NCBI GenBank assembly: GCA_964356915.1
Contig: CAYHJF010000003.1
Location: 17,579 to 81,578 of the forward strand
Direction: 5' to 3'
DNA: 64,000 nucleotides
DNA from: an uncultured Candidatus Saccharibacteria bacterium
GTDB lineage: Bacteria; Patescibacteriota; Minisyncoccia; Ryanbacterales; GWA2-47-10b
Below, piece after piece: positions 37,963-48,634 of the stretch. A program made the translations under genes and the position numbers. The first letter of the stretch is position 1, and each line of letters begins with the position of its first letter. Below the pieces are notes generated by a model. The model was not told the origin of the DNA. It did not search any database and was given only the letters and a program-made list of their open reading frames with translations.

Positions 37963-37990
37963 GAGGGCACATTGCCCTCTTTTTTATTTT
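37963..37990 (+). terminator. Intrinsic terminator of the HD gene.
   Basis: gagggc-acatt-gccctc followed by ttttttatttt. Confidence 0.6.
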
Positions 37991-38021
37991 AAAAAAATAA
38001 AAATCCGGTATAAAACCGGAT
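37991..38021 (-). terminator. Intrinsic terminator of the convergent cupin gene.
   Basis: atccggt-ataaa-accggat, preceded on the plus strand by aaaaaaataaaa, which is a T-run on the minus strand. Confidence 0.55.
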
Positions 38022-38023
38022 CG

Positions 38024-38368
38024 CTACCCTACTGAAATGCCCCAATAAAAAATTGTATGTGTCTCATCGATAACACGCTGATTATGCATCGTGTCGGGCG
38101 GAATGGCGAGAAAGTCACCCGGCCTCATCTCGATCTGCTCATCACCTACGGTGTAAACTGCCCTTCCTTCGATACAGAAATAACACTCCCACATCGTTGG
38201 ATGCTTGTGCAACTCAACATCGTCCTTTGTACGATCGAGAACGGCCACTGCAACCTGCGTAACATCTGGCAACACGCCACCACGAACAAACACCTGCTTC
38301 AGTACACTCGAGCCATGTCGTGTTGGCTCTCGATCCACATCATCACGACGTACATGAACTGGCCGCAT
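38024..38368 (-). CDS. Cupin_2 domain protein.
   Basis: HKHPTMWECYFCIEGRAVYTVGDEQIEMRPGDFLAIPPDTMHNQ: the two-His cupin motifs. Confidence 0.6.
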   Translation of the reverse strand: MRPVHVRRDDVDREPTRHGSSVLKQVFVRGGVLPDVTQVAVAVLDRTKDDVELHKHPTMWECYFCIEGRAVYTVGDEQIEMRPGDFLAIPPDTMHNQRVIDETHTIFYWGISVG

Positions 38369-38450
38369 ACCTCTCCTTTCAAGAAGAACCCTGAAAACCT
38401 TTTATCAAAGAAATACTCTTCTGTCAAGACTCTATATGTATCACGCTAAC

Positions 38451-38903
38451 TTATTTAAATCCTGCCTCTCCAAGCATTCTTTTAAGATAACTTGGTGTTT
38501 TTGAGGGGATGCTTGTAAACCAACCCGAATCACTACTCTCAAAATCAAGAGCTATCCGATTACGCGAGCGAGGGCTTAATATTGCTTGATAATAAAAATT
38601 TATACAATGACGCTTTTTATTACCGGGAATACGTTGCACGTACTCTTCAATACCAAGTAGTTTTGTGATTTGTACATGCAATCCTGTCTCCTCTAAGGCC
38701 TCTCTTCTTGCTGCAGCCTCAAGTCGCTCTCCTTTTTCTAACCTACCTCCTGGAGTAAGCCAGTATCCCTTCATAGGAGATATATTACGTTTCAGTAAAA
38801 GAAACTTTCCTTCGTGCACTAAAACGACATCCGCATACACCATGGGCATTACTTCAAGAATCTTAAGATAGAGCGGGTATGGTAATTGTTTTTTCTTTTT
38901 CAT
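38451..38903 (-). CDS. Nudix hydrolase, a candidate GDP-sugar hydrolase.
   Basis: A canonical Nudix box: GGRLEKGERLEAAARREALEETGL. Confidence 0.8.
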   Translation of the reverse strand: MKKKKQLPYPLYLKILEVMPMVYADVVLVHEGKFLLLKRNISPMKGYWLTPGGRLEKGERLEAAARREALEETGLHVQITKLLGIEEYVQRIPGNKKRHCINFYYQAILSPRSRNRIALDFESSDSGWFTSIPSKTPSYLKRMLGEAGFK

Positions 38904-38905
38904 TT

Positions 38906-39583
38906 TTATTTTTTCTCTGCGCGGATGTATACAAAAATACCAAAATATTTTACCAGGGGGATTTTTTCAAGTACACGATTGAGTGAGTCAGCAAAAACAA
39001 ACGGTACAATTATCGCACGTTCAAGTATCGGAATATGAAATCCTCCATGACCAATTAAATCTCGCAATCTACGTGTTGAAAAAAAACCATGCACTGGATC
39101 ATCAAAATACATATGCCCAACACCTAATTTTCTAAGCACCCATCGCAATCCATCAAACAAACGAGTAATCGTTGTGGCTGAGACAATTAATAACCTGCCG
39201 CCTGGGCGTAAGACTCGATACGCCTCATCAATAAACTTTTCTGGATGATCGAGGTAATAAATAACCTCTGTTGCAATGACGGTATCAAACGATCCGCTCT
39301 CGAAAGGTAAATGTTCCGCATCAGCCACAACCCCATCAATATCAAACTTTTGTTTCAATTCTTCTACCATCTTTGAAGAAATATCCGTCACCACAACTCG
39401 ATGACGCGCTGTCAAAAAACGAGCGATCTCTCCTGTACCCGCTCCCACTTCTAAGCAGTCTCCAAATGCTTGGGCAACAATAAACTCACGCCGACGATCG
39501 AGCGCGTATTGATTAGTAATTTGATCGTATCGACCTGCGATACGATCAAATACTTGAGCAATCTCAGTATTCGTCGGCTTCAT
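38906..39583 (-). CDS. Class I SAM-dependent methyltransferase.
   Basis: CLEVGAGTGEIARFLTARHRVVVTDISSKMVE. Confidence 0.75.
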   Translation of the reverse strand: MKPTNTEIAQVFDRIAGRYDQITNQYALDRRREFIVAQAFGDCLEVGAGTGEIARFLTARHRVVVTDISSKMVEELKQKFDIDGVVADAEHLPFESGSFDTVIATEVIYYLDHPEKFIDEAYRVLRPGGRLLIVSATTITRLFDGLRWVLRKLGVGHMYFDDPVHGFFSTRRLRDLIGHGGFHIPILERAIIVPFVFADSLNRVLEKIPLVKYFGIFVYIRAEKK

Positions 39584-40254
39584 TAGTCGCGATAGCGACG
39601 GAGAATCATGCGGAGAATCTTTAACCCATGCCAGAAGGCATTTACCTTTGTCTTCCCAGCATAACGAGCTCGCTCAAAAGCAGGAACTTCAGCAAATTTT
39701 AATCCTGCGCGATGTGCTTTCACTACAATTTCTGTACAAAATTCGAATCCCTGAGACTGAAGATGGAGCTTCTTAAGCCCATCACGAGTGATGCCTGTAA
39801 AAAGATACAAACTATCCGTAACATTAGTCCCATGAATAACATTGGTCAGCCAAGTAAACATACGATTTCCAAACCAACGAATAATCGTATCATCCTCGCT
39901 TTTACCACCAACCGTATAACGAGAAGCCATAACATAGTCATACCCACGGCGTACCTTTTCTACAATCGCAGGAATCTCTGCAGGATTATGAGAACCGTCT
40001 GCATCCATCATAAGAATGATGTCGCCCGTCACAATATCAAATGCTTCGAGAAATGCTCCGCCATACCCCCTCCCCTTTTGAGCAATAAATTTATCTGAAG
40101 GACGCATCTGAGCCCTTGCCTCTTCGGCAGTTTTATCAGTTGAACGCCCATCAATAACAACGATTTCATCTACAACATCGCGAGGTATTTCCTTCAATAC
40201 CCGCCCGATGCAACCCTCTTCATTGCGAGTCGGAATAATAAGTGAAACTTTCAT
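39583..40254 (-). CDS. GT2, DPM1-like polyprenol-phosphate glycosyltransferase (soluble type).
   Basis: MKVSLIIPTRNEEGCIGRVLKEIP...VIDGRSTDKTAE...MMDADGSHNPAEIP. I used the MKVSL start (40254) rather than the ORF track 40290. Confidence 0.75.
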   Translation of the reverse strand: MKVSLIIPTRNEEGCIGRVLKEIPRDVVDEIVVIDGRSTDKTAEEARAQMRPSDKFIAQKGRGYGGAFLEAFDIVTGDIILMMDADGSHNPAEIPAIVEKVRRGYDYVMASRYTVGGKSEDDTIIRWFGNRMFTWLTNVIHGTNVTDSLYLFTGITRDGLKKLHLQSQGFEFCTEIVVKAHRAGLKFAEVPAFERARYAGKTKVNAFWHGLKILRMILRRYRD

Positions 40255-40255
40255 A

Positions 40256-41362
40256 TTATTGATGATAGTACTCTTTGATAGCGCTCGCAATATAGACTAT
40301 GTCCTCATCAGAAAGCTTACTCGATGAAGGTAACCAAAGGCCTCGACGCGCAATTTCTTCTGCAGCTGGAAACGATTTCCCTTGATACGCTCCTTGATAA
40401 ATTGTTTGTGTATGAATAGCAGGATATACTCGGCGAGAACCTATACCTTGCTCTTTGAGATACGCAGCAAGCTTATCCGGATCATTAATTAAAATCTCAA
40501 TAAACCATGGACTCGTGTCTTCTAAATTTGTCGGAACCCATTCAATAAAATCTATACCTTCTAGCTCTTTTTGATATAGCCGCCATATTGCCTTCTTGCG
40601 CTCAACGCGACTAGGAAGTTTTTTCATCTGCTCAATACCAATGGTTGCCTGTAGATCAGTAAATTTAAAATTCCATCCCCACTCGTCATGAATATCGAGA
40701 CCTCCACGCGTGCGTCCAAAATCCTTGAGCCGTCGTATTTTCTGAGCAAGCTCCTCATTATCCGTCACTAAAGCTCCGCCCTGACCTGTAGTAATAACCT
40801 TCGGAACACTAAACGAAAAACTTCCGATATGCCCAAATGTCCCCAAATGCTTTCCTTTGAACTTTGACCCCAGCGCCTGAGCCGCGTCCTCAAGTAAAAA
40901 CAAGTTATGTTTTTTGCAGAACTCTACAATGGCATTCATCTCTCCGGAACGTCCGTTAAACGCAACGTACATAAGCGCTTTTGTGCGTGGCGTGATAGCA
41001 CGCTCCGCCTCTTCTAAATTCATTGATAGTGTTTCCTTATCGATATCGACAAGTAACGGCTCAATCCCTACAAGCTTCGCAGCATTCGGAGAAGCAATCA
41101 TCGTAAAATCCGGTACCAAAACTTCGTCTCCTGCCTTGAGCCCGAGTGCTAAGAGCGCAAGCGTAAGACTGATCGTTCCATTGTTTGTCAGAATACAATA
41201 TTTTGCACCGACATATTCAGCAATCATGCGCTCTAACTCTTCTGTTTTTTTAAACTCCATAATCCACCCACCTGACTGCATATAATCAAAAACAGCCTTG
41301 GCTTCAAGCTCATCAAACCAAGGCTCCATCTGAGGTATCATTCGTTTCTCCTCACTCATCAC
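40256..41362 (-). CDS. DegT/DnrJ/EryC1-family PLP-dependent sugar aminotransferase.
   Basis: FDELEAKAVFDYMQSGGW...NNGTISLTLALLALGLKAGDEVLVPDFTMIASPNA...SFSVPKVITTGQGGALV, with the catalytic Lys in SxxxxK. Confidence 0.85.
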   Translation of the reverse strand: MMSEEKRMIPQMEPWFDELEAKAVFDYMQSGGWIMEFKKTEELERMIAEYVGAKYCILTNNGTISLTLALLALGLKAGDEVLVPDFTMIASPNAAKLVGIEPLLVDIDKETLSMNLEEAERAITPRTKALMYVAFNGRSGEMNAIVEFCKKHNLFLLEDAAQALGSKFKGKHLGTFGHIGSFSFSVPKVITTGQGGALVTDNEELAQKIRRLKDFGRTRGGLDIHDEWGWNFKFTDLQATIGIEQMKKLPSRVERKKAIWRLYQKELEGIDFIEWVPTNLEDTSPWFIEILINDPDKLAAYLKEQGIGSRRVYPAIHTQTIYQGAYQGKSFPAAEEIARRGLWLPSSSKLSDEDIVYIASAIKEYYHQ

Positions 41363-41748
41363 TCAATAAGATATTTATCCTCAACAAAAGGTCCATTCTT
41401 AACCTCAATCAACTCTGCATCCTCTACAATGTGAATTCCGTACCCACCATTCATTAAAATAAATACGTCGCCAACCGCAAGTGACACGGAATCAAACTTT
41501 ACATACTCAGGCGCTGGTCCATATAAATCAATTGAAGCAGCTCCTTTTTTTACGATTAAGCACTCCTGCAATTGATCGGTCGTTCGTGATATGGGTGTAT
41601 GCGCATGTGCCTTTAAATAAGCTCCCGCTGGATGCTTAAGCGTCACCATCTGAAGCGGCTCTTTGCCTGCAGTTACGGGCACTGATCCTGGCGCTATCAC
41701 CTGGATTCGTAATCCAACGAGTGTATCTTTGTAGCGATATTCATCCAT
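41359..41748 (-). CDS. Small cupin, FdtA/WxcM-like candidate sugar-nucleotide 3,4-ketoisomerase.
   Basis: LKAHAHTPISRTTDQLQECLIVKKGAASIDLYGP resembles the FdtA H-x-H and QxLxCxxGS core. It sits between gmd and the DegT gene with 4-bp overlaps. Confidence 0.45.
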   Translation of the reverse strand: MDEYRYKDTLVGLRIQVIAPGSVPVTAGKEPLQMVTLKHPAGAYLKAHAHTPISRTTDQLQECLIVKKGAASIDLYGPAPEYVKFDSVSLAVGDVFILMNGGYGIHIVEDAELIEVKNGPFVEDKYLIE

Positions 41749-41765
41749 ATGTATATTCTAACCCT

Positions 41766-42842
41766 TTATGATAATGTCGGAAAATGCTTTACCTCAAAAC
41801 GTTTTCCTGCTCGTGCCTCTTCCTCAACAAGCTTCAAGTCATGATCTGTCATGAGCTTGGCAAGCGCAGTAAATGTTACACGCGGCTGCCACCCAAGTAA
41901 CGTGCGCGCTTTTGACGAATCTCCAAGTAAAAGATCAACCTCTGAAGGACGAAAATGAACGGGATCAATATTGATGACTGTTTTTCCTGTTTTTCGATCA
42001 ACTCCTCGCTCCTCAATTCCCTCTCCCTCCCATACAATATCCATCTGGAGATTTTTTCCAACCTCCTCAGCAAATTCACGCACCGTATGCGTTTCACCTG
42101 TTGCAATCACAAAATCATCCGGCTTTTCGTGTTGAAGAATTCTCCATATTGCTTCTACGTAATCACGCGCGTACCCCCAATCACGTTTCGCATTTAAATT
42201 TCCGAGGCTCAACACAGGCTGCAAACCAAGCTTAACGCGAGCAAGTCCTGTTGTAATTTTTCGTGTAACAAAATTCATTCCTCGACGAGGAGACTCATGA
42301 TTAAACAAAATTCCATTCGACGCAAACATACCATAACTCTGTCGATAAATACGCGTCGCGTGGAACGCGAATACTTTTGAAAGACCGTACGGAGACTGTG
42401 GGTTAAACGGAGTTGTCTCGCGTTGAGGTGTTTCAGATACTTTACCAAACATCTCTGAAGAACTTGCTTGATAGTATCGAGCTGGGTATTTGAGCATCCG
42501 TATTGCATCAAGTAATCGAAGAGGACCAAGACCCGTAACATTCGCTGTATACTCAGGAACATCAAAACTAACCTTAACGTGACTTTGCGCACCAAGATTA
42601 TAAATTTCATCCGGCTGAACCTTCTCGATAACCCGACTCAAGTTCGAACTATCGGCAAGATCTGCATAGACGGTAACGAAGCTCGGATACTTCGGATTAT
42701 CATAGAGATGATCGATACGATACGTATTTGGAGCGCTCGAACGACGCTGGAGGCCATATACGTGGTAGCCTTTCTCTAGTAAAAGCTCCGCCAAATACGA
42801 TCCGTCCTGCCCAGTGATTCCTGTAACGAGGGCCTTTTTCAT
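41766..42842 (-). CDS. gmd: GDP-mannose 4,6-dehydratase.
   Basis: [47 protein letters not shown]...[34 protein letters not shown] is near-canonical Gmd. I used the MKKAL start (42842) rather than 42878. Confidence 0.85.
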   Translation of the reverse strand: MKKALVTGITGQDGSYLAELLLEKGYHVYGLQRRSSAPNTYRIDHLYDNPKYPSFVTVYADLADSSNLSRVIEKVQPDEIYNLGAQSHVKVSFDVPEYTANVTGLGPLRLLDAIRMLKYPARYYQASSSEMFGKVSETPQRETTPFNPQSPYGLSKVFAFHATRIYRQSYGMFASNGILFNHESPRRGMNFVTRKITTGLARVKLGLQPVLSLGNLNAKRDWGYARDYVEAIWRILQHEKPDDFVIATGETHTVREFAEEVGKNLQMDIVWEGEGIEERGVDRKTGKTVINIDPVHFRPSEVDLLLGDSSKARTLLGWQPRVTFTALAKLMTDHDLKLVEEEARAGKRFEVKHFPTLS

Positions 42843-42867
42843 GTATGCGACAATACCATAAATAGTC

Positions 42868-43896
42868 TTAAATGCCAAGACTTCTCAGCACCGCATCAAA
42901 CTCTTGAGCAATACCGTCAAGCGAAAACGCATCTTCTACTTTCTGACGAGCGCGTACACTCATTGAACTACGAAGAGCGCGATCTTCGACCAATCGAGCA
43001 AGTACCTCAGTAAATTCTTCGGCATCGCCAGCTACAAAACCATTTACACCGTGATCTATGACATGCCGAGACTCTCCAACATCTGATGCCACGGTAGGAA
43101 TACCGCACGCCATATACTCAATCGCCTTAAACGCACACTTCGCACGATTGAATGGCGTATCTACAAGTGGCATAAGTCCGATATCAATCTTATACTCCGC
43201 AAGAAGCGCAGGAATGGTCTCTACAAGGGCCCATGGGGCATCATCCACGAATGTGACGCGATAATCACTCTGTTTAAAAAAATCTTTGAGCGGCCCATAC
43301 TGCTGCGAACCAATCACTACTAATGAAAACGCAACTCCGCGATCAGAAAGTTTCTCAAGAGCGTCTTTAAGAATAGTAAAATTCCCTGCTTTCATGTGAG
43401 CTATGCCATTCCCAATCCAGCCGAGCACGCCCGGCTCTGATACTACCGGTCGATAAGCGGACGTATCAACAGCCGTCGGAATAAACTGCACATGACGAGC
43501 ATGTCGGTGCGCCCACTCAAGAATCTCATGAGATCCCCCTGTAACAACGGCTGCGCTCCGAGCAAGTATTACGCTTTTTCTGGGGCTATGGATCCACTCC
43601 GCATCATCAAGATCAAAGATGAGAGGAACCCCGCGTATTTTCTTGATTACTAAAACAAGAAATAAAATTTCCCATGCAACAAAAACCTTATGTACAACGA
43701 TAACATCAGGACGCTTCGCAAGGGCTCTCCATACGCGCTGTATATTTTGAAAACGCCGATAAGACATACTCCAAAATGGGTGCCCAAGATCAAATAAAAT
43801 ACGTGCCTCCACATCAAGTCGCTCAACGATGCGAAATACACGCCATCTTGATGACCCGACGGACTCATTCCCCTTCGTTAAAAATAAAACTTTCAT
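42868..43896 (-). CDS. GT4 (GT-B) glycosyltransferase.
   Basis: MKVLFLTKG... C-terminal GT-B domain. Start adjusted from 43944. Confidence 0.7.
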   Translation of the reverse strand: MKVLFLTKGNESVGSSRWRVFRIVERLDVEARILFDLGHPFWSMSYRRFQNIQRVWRALAKRPDVIVVHKVFVAWEILFLVLVIKKIRGVPLIFDLDDAEWIHSPRKSVILARSAAVVTGGSHEILEWAHRHARHVQFIPTAVDTSAYRPVVSEPGVLGWIGNGIAHMKAGNFTILKDALEKLSDRGVAFSLVVIGSQQYGPLKDFFKQSDYRVTFVDDAPWALVETIPALLAEYKIDIGLMPLVDTPFNRAKCAFKAIEYMACGIPTVASDVGESRHVIDHGVNGFVAGDAEEFTEVLARLVEDRALRSSMSVRARQKVEDAFSLDGIAQEFDAVLRSLGI

Positions 43897-44963
43897 GAAA
43901 GAGACTCTATAAAATCGGTGATACGGCGCGCGCGCTGCTCCCACGTATAAAGCAAAGCGGATTCCTCTGCGCCGCGAGCAAGTCTTATACCAAGCTCGGG
44001 ATCATTGATAATACGCTCGACCGCGCCCGCAAACATATGTGGTGTATTTTCTTTCACGATAAGACCGTTCTCACCATCATGGATAACCTCCTCATTAGCG
44101 CCGCCCTGTGAAGTAACAATCGGCTTTCCAGCACCAAGATATTCATACAATTTAGACGAGATACTACTTGGGTATGAAACCATAAGAGGATTTATCAAAA
44201 TGTCTGCGACGGCTAAATACTGCAAAACCTCCGCGGGAGGCACGCGATCGATACATATAATCCTACCGACAAGTTCTTTTTCAATAATGCGTCGCTCAAG
44301 TAATATTCTTTGGTCACTTTTTATTCCCAATGCCACTAAGACCACTGACTCTGGCAAAAGAAGTACGGTATCAAAAAGCACGTCTATTGAATCCCATAAA
44401 AAACTTCCCGCGTAGAGCAATACTATCTTATCTTTTGGCATGCCAAGTGAGACACGGTCACGCGTTACTGACGCTAGATTATCAGTACCACTCGTATGCA
44501 CGACGATACTTGGTTTTCCTGAATGATAAAAACCTTGAATTGATTTTGTAATAGCGACGAACCCATTAGAAGAAGCGATGGCAAGCCTCCAGAGAGGCCG
44601 TGCAAACATCCACTCTAACGTGCCGTGTACTTCAAAGATGACCTTTTTCCCATATAGTCGCGCGGCAAGCGCAACTGGCCACAGAAGTGGATCTCGAAAA
44701 TACAAAACATCAAATGACTGTCGATTGCGTATACTATACAAAAATATGGAACGATGGCGCGTTTCTACATCAAGAAAAAACTTTATATGAACTCCCTTAC
44801 GAGCAAAAATTTCAGCGACGTCAACTGGATCGGCTGCCCCAGACATAACAGTAGGAGTAAGCATTTGGCCTGCAGCCCATGCCTCAGCTGTCTTTACTAT
44901 ATTGAGCGTATGAGCGCGCGATAGCGACAATCGAGCGCGCGTAATATATAAAACACGAATCAT
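43893..44963 (-). CDS. GT4 (GT-B) glycosyltransferase.
   Basis: MIRVLYITRARLS...GGANEEVIHDGENGLIV. Start adjusted from 45020. Confidence 0.7.
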   Translation of the reverse strand: MIRVLYITRARLSLSRAHTLNIVKTAEAWAAGQMLTPTVMSGAADPVDVAEIFARKGVHIKFFLDVETRHRSIFLYSIRNRQSFDVLYFRDPLLWPVALAARLYGKKVIFEVHGTLEWMFARPLWRLAIASSNGFVAITKSIQGFYHSGKPSIVVHTSGTDNLASVTRDRVSLGMPKDKIVLLYAGSFLWDSIDVLFDTVLLLPESVVLVALGIKSDQRILLERRIIEKELVGRIICIDRVPPAEVLQYLAVADILINPLMVSYPSSISSKLYEYLGAGKPIVTSQGGANEEVIHDGENGLIVKENTPHMFAGAVERIINDPELGIRLARGAEESALLYTWEQRARRITDFIESLS

Positions 44964-44964
44964 C

Positions 44965-45471
44965 TTATCCTCCAGGATATAATCGTAAAAAACGCTTCGC
45001 CCATCGAAAGACACGAGCATTAAGACGACCTTTTGCCGTCATACGATACCCCTCACTTTCATGAACCAAATATCCTCCGTACACCATATCGGTTAGCCGA
45101 CGATCTTGGAGAACATCCGGAACATAGCGATGTCTAATTTCATCGCGAGAAAGAATATCTGATCCAGACTCAAGGACATCAACTAAAATTCGTGCTGAAA
45201 CACCTCGATCAACAAGAAAATAAAACTGCGCGTAACTAAAAAAAAGAAATATATAATGTGCAACTCCGTTCAAATAAAATAAAAACTCTTCAATATTTAT
45301 CTCATGCGCGCGCATCCTCCAAAACCATACCGTGTACATAATAAAAAACAGCGCGCACCAAACCTCAACAGCAACCCAACGTCGTGTCGGCCGCCCGTAA
45401 TGAAACCATAGCGCATGACCTATAAGAAAGCCGCAAAACGCTATCCATCCTCCGATAATTCCATCTATCAT
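44965..45471 (-). CDS. Hypothetical membrane protein (N-terminal TMs plus a soluble C-terminal domain).
   Basis: ORF only. It is translationally coupled (4-bp overlap) to the upstream GT-C gene. Confidence 0.3.
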   Translation of the reverse strand: MIDGIIGGWIAFCGFLIGHALWFHYGRPTRRWVAVEVWCALFFIMYTVWFWRMRAHEINIEEFLFYLNGVAHYIFLFFSYAQFYFLVDRGVSARILVDVLESGSDILSRDEIRHRYVPDVLQDRRLTDMVYGGYLVHESEGYRMTAKGRLNARVFRWAKRFLRLYPGG

Positions 45472-46772
45472 AAATCAAATACAACTGTTATGCGGTCAGT
45501 AATCGTACCTATGTTGTACCACGCATCAATGCTCGTTAAAACAAGCAGTATACTTGCCACTCCTACAATAACTCGCCATGGAACTGGGCGTCGTGTATAT
45601 GCGTATGCAGCTGAGATGGCAAGTAACGGATAAAGCGCATACCGATATCGAGTTTCGACAATTGCTGGGATCACACCTAACGGAAGCATTACCATAGTGA
45701 CGAGCACCGTATTAGTAATACGGTTTGGTCGTTCTCGACTAAGAATCCATGCGCCCGTAAAGCCAAGTACAAAAATAATGATAGTCCATATAAATGATGC
45801 TCCGAGAGTTGCGATTCGCTCATAAGGTTGGCCGGCAAGATGAATCCAAAACCCTCCGGGCCGTATTAAACTTACATACAAACTTGTCTTTCGAATTTGT
45901 AACCCGATAAATTCGATTGGATGTTTTGTTAAAAAGCGTACGTACTCCTGACGGGAGATATGATCAAGCTCTTTCATTGAAACAGAATCGCGAATTCGCT
46001 GAATCTCCGGAGGCTTTTCAAATCCTCCCGTTGCACCACGATGATTACCAACCCATACGTCATACCATCCAACGCCAGTCGTCAAAATAAATCTCTCATA
46101 ACGCTGAGACATCCTATATGACCATGGCGCCACGAAAAGCATACACCCTAACACCAATGCCATAGCCATCCTACGATCGCGTATCCAAAATGCATATCCG
46201 CACAAAACAATAATCGCAAAAATAATAATTGGACGCGTCAATAATGCAACGGGCCATAGTATCGCAAGCATACCCAAAGAAGTGCGACTTGGAATCTGAA
46301 AATATCGTATCGTCGCGTAAAGCGCACCGAGTAAAAGCGTAATAAAAAAAGTTTCTGTGAGTAGTAGCCCGCTTACAACGATCAGATCGGGAGCAAAGGT
46401 AAAAAATATCGCAGCCATAAACCATGCGCGCGGCTCGTCAGGCATAAGTTCTCGTGCAATCAACCATACGAGTATTACGGATATCGCTCTCAAAAAAGCA
46501 TGCGCAACCCATACAACCCAAATCCTGTGCCCAAAAATACTGTAGAGTGTAGCAAGGAATAATTGATATCCGGGACCTACGCGGTTAATCCCCCAATCTT
46601 GCTCAGGAGTACTCGCGAGTGCCGTCTCTTCAACATATCCATTTCCTCGGGCAAGATTCCACGCAATCTTGTCGTAAGCAGCAGCATCAACGCGCGGGCG
46701 ATCGTGATAGTAAAATGCGTACCCAAGCGACAACATAAATGCTAGACACGCGATACTAATTATTTTCTGCAT
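45468..46772 (-). CDS. GT-C fold membrane glycosyltransferase (ArnT/PMT-like).
   Basis: [20 protein letters not shown]...[16 protein letters not shown] and about 11 TM helices. Confidence 0.6.
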   Translation of the reverse strand: MQKIISIACLAFMLSLGYAFYYHDRPRVDAAAYDKIAWNLARGNGYVEETALASTPEQDWGINRVGPGYQLFLATLYSIFGHRIWVVWVAHAFLRAISVILVWLIARELMPDEPRAWFMAAIFFTFAPDLIVVSGLLLTETFFITLLLGALYATIRYFQIPSRTSLGMLAILWPVALLTRPIIIFAIIVLCGYAFWIRDRRMAMALVLGCMLFVAPWSYRMSQRYERFILTTGVGWYDVWVGNHRGATGGFEKPPEIQRIRDSVSMKELDHISRQEYVRFLTKHPIEFIGLQIRKTSLYVSLIRPGGFWIHLAGQPYERIATLGASFIWTIIIFVLGFTGAWILSRERPNRITNTVLVTMVMLPLGVIPAIVETRYRYALYPLLAISAAYAYTRRPVPWRVIVGVASILLVLTSIDAWYNIGTITDRITVVFDL

Positions 46773-47482
46773 GAACGATCAAAAATATTAAAATATATTA
46801 TTGCGCCAATCGCCTTTACACCATCATGCCATGTAATCTTTTTACCTTCTTTATATGTACGGCCGTAATAATTTATCGGCACTTCATAAATGCGCCATCG
46901 AGTACCGCCCTCACTTTTGCCGTGCGCGACACGCGCCGTCAATTCCGGCTCTATACCAAAACGTTTTGATCGTAAACATGGCGTAATAGAATCTAACACT
47001 TCTTTACGAAACACCTTATACCCCGTTTCCATATCCGTAAGATTTAGATTAGTAAATACATTCGAAAGTATTGTTAAAAATGTATTTCCAAAATAATGCC
47101 AAAAATAAAACACCCGCTGTACATCGCCACGGAATCGAGACCCGTAAACCACATCCGCCTTTCCATCCTGTATCGGTTTTAAAAGTACCGCGTAGTCAAC
47201 TGGGTCGTATTCTAAATCAGCGTCCTGTACTAAAATCACATCTCCTGTAGCACGTCTGAATCCTTCTTTAAGTGCGGCTCCTTTGCCAGCGTTACGTGGA
47301 GCTGTAACACAAATAATATTCTGCCTAGTCTGTAAAATACTTGAAGTACCATCGGTTGACCCGTCATCGACAACAATAACCTCCTTCGTTACATGAGGAA
47401 GTTCTGTGGCCTCAATACGCAAAAGGGCTTCGTGTATCGTTGCTTGTTCATTATATACAGGAATGACGATTGATAACTTCAT
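46760..47482 (-). CDS. GT2, DPM1-like polyprenol-phosphate glycosyltransferase.
   Basis: [23 protein letters not shown]...[10 protein letters not shown]...[10 protein letters not shown]. Confidence 0.75.
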   Translation of the reverse strand: MKLSIVIPVYNEQATIHEALLRIEATELPHVTKEVIVVDDGSTDGTSSILQTRQNIICVTAPRNAGKGAALKEGFRRATGDVILVQDADLEYDPVDYAVLLKPIQDGKADVVYGSRFRGDVQRVFYFWHYFGNTFLTILSNVFTNLNLTDMETGYKVFRKEVLDSITPCLRSKRFGIEPELTARVAHGKSEGGTRWRIYEVPINYYGRTYKEGKKITWHDGVKAIGAIIYFNIFDRSCRK

Positions 47483-47497
47483 AATATTTTTTATAAA

Positions 47498-48634
47498 TCA
47501 GATTATTCCTCTCAAAAACTCACTCACAAACAAGGCTCTATTTAACCATGAATACTTATTAATATGGTCACGAGCATATGTTGCTCGTGACTTATCACGT
47601 AGCGCACTGCGAATGCCCTCTACAAAAAGTGTAGCTGTAGGCTTTTCCACAAAATATATGTCTGCGTCACTCGCTATCTCTCGTAGAGCGGGTAAATCAG
47701 TCGCCACCACAGGAGTACCTGAGGCCATATATTCAAACAGCTTCAAAGGTGAAAACAACATGCGGCCACGTTCGTTATCATCTTTATACGGAGCAATTAA
47801 AACATCGGCTGCACGCAAATAACGTGGTATAACTGCATACGGTTTCGCGGATACCATCCGTATATTACCACGCTCTTCGTCAAAAGGACCTCCTACAACA
47901 AAAAACAGCATTTCGGGTAACTGTGAGGCAAGTGCCGGAATTATATCAGTCCCCTTCCATGACTGCATACTACCCGCGTAAAGAACGACTTGTTTATTCT
48001 GCGGTATTGCGAGTGCTTCGCGCGCATCTTCCCGCGAAGGAAGTTCTTCAAACAACCTGAGATCAAATCCGTTTGGCGCAACAAGAATTAATGCCTCCGT
48101 AACCCCATACTGCGCACTGATTCTCTTCTTTTTCTCTTCATTTGTAGATACGATGCCGTGCGCAAACGAAAAAATAATACGATATACAAACGAAGGCATT
48201 TTACCAAGCGAGTGGCACTCAAATACAAAATGCTGACGAAACTTTTTACTCGTAATAAGAAGAAAAAATGCTAACGCAACATCTCGAACATAAAAACATG
48301 TATCATCTGGAGCATTCTGAATAGGAGCGCGAAAACGCCATGCGAGCAGTAAACTTTTAGGCCATACAAAAAAATACGGCCTACCTACCGCAATGATCGG
48401 AAAATTCTTTTTAAGAGCGTATCGCTGCCATATATCCTCGCGCGTTACTCGCATTTCCGATACCCAGAGTTCCGTATCAATACTCTGCGCAAATGCCTCC
48501 GCCATCTTTATTGTCTGGCCTGCATTTGCAAGCGCTGAAGGATACGTAAGCGACGTTACATATCTGATAACCATTATTGTAAGTAATACAAAATGAAGTA
48601 TACTAATGCTACCATGGATTCTCGCAACATTCAC
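47498..48634 (-). CDS. GT4 (GT-B) glycosyltransferase.
   Basis: ADVLIAPYKDDNERGRMLFSPLKLFEYMASGTPVVATDLPALREI (E-x7-E). The start is probably downstream of 48634. Confidence 0.75.
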   Translation of the reverse strand: MNVARIHGSISILHFVLLTIMVIRYVTSLTYPSALANAGQTIKMAEAFAQSIDTELWVSEMRVTREDIWQRYALKKNFPIIAVGRPYFFVWPKSLLLAWRFRAPIQNAPDDTCFYVRDVALAFFLLITSKKFRQHFVFECHSLGKMPSFVYRIIFSFAHGIVSTNEEKKKRISAQYGVTEALILVAPNGFDLRLFEELPSREDAREALAIPQNKQVVLYAGSMQSWKGTDIIPALASQLPEMLFFVVGGPFDEERGNIRMVSAKPYAVIPRYLRAADVLIAPYKDDNERGRMLFSPLKLFEYMASGTPVVATDLPALREIASDADIYFVEKPTATLFVEGIRSALRDKSRATYARDHINKYSWLNRALFVSEFLRGII

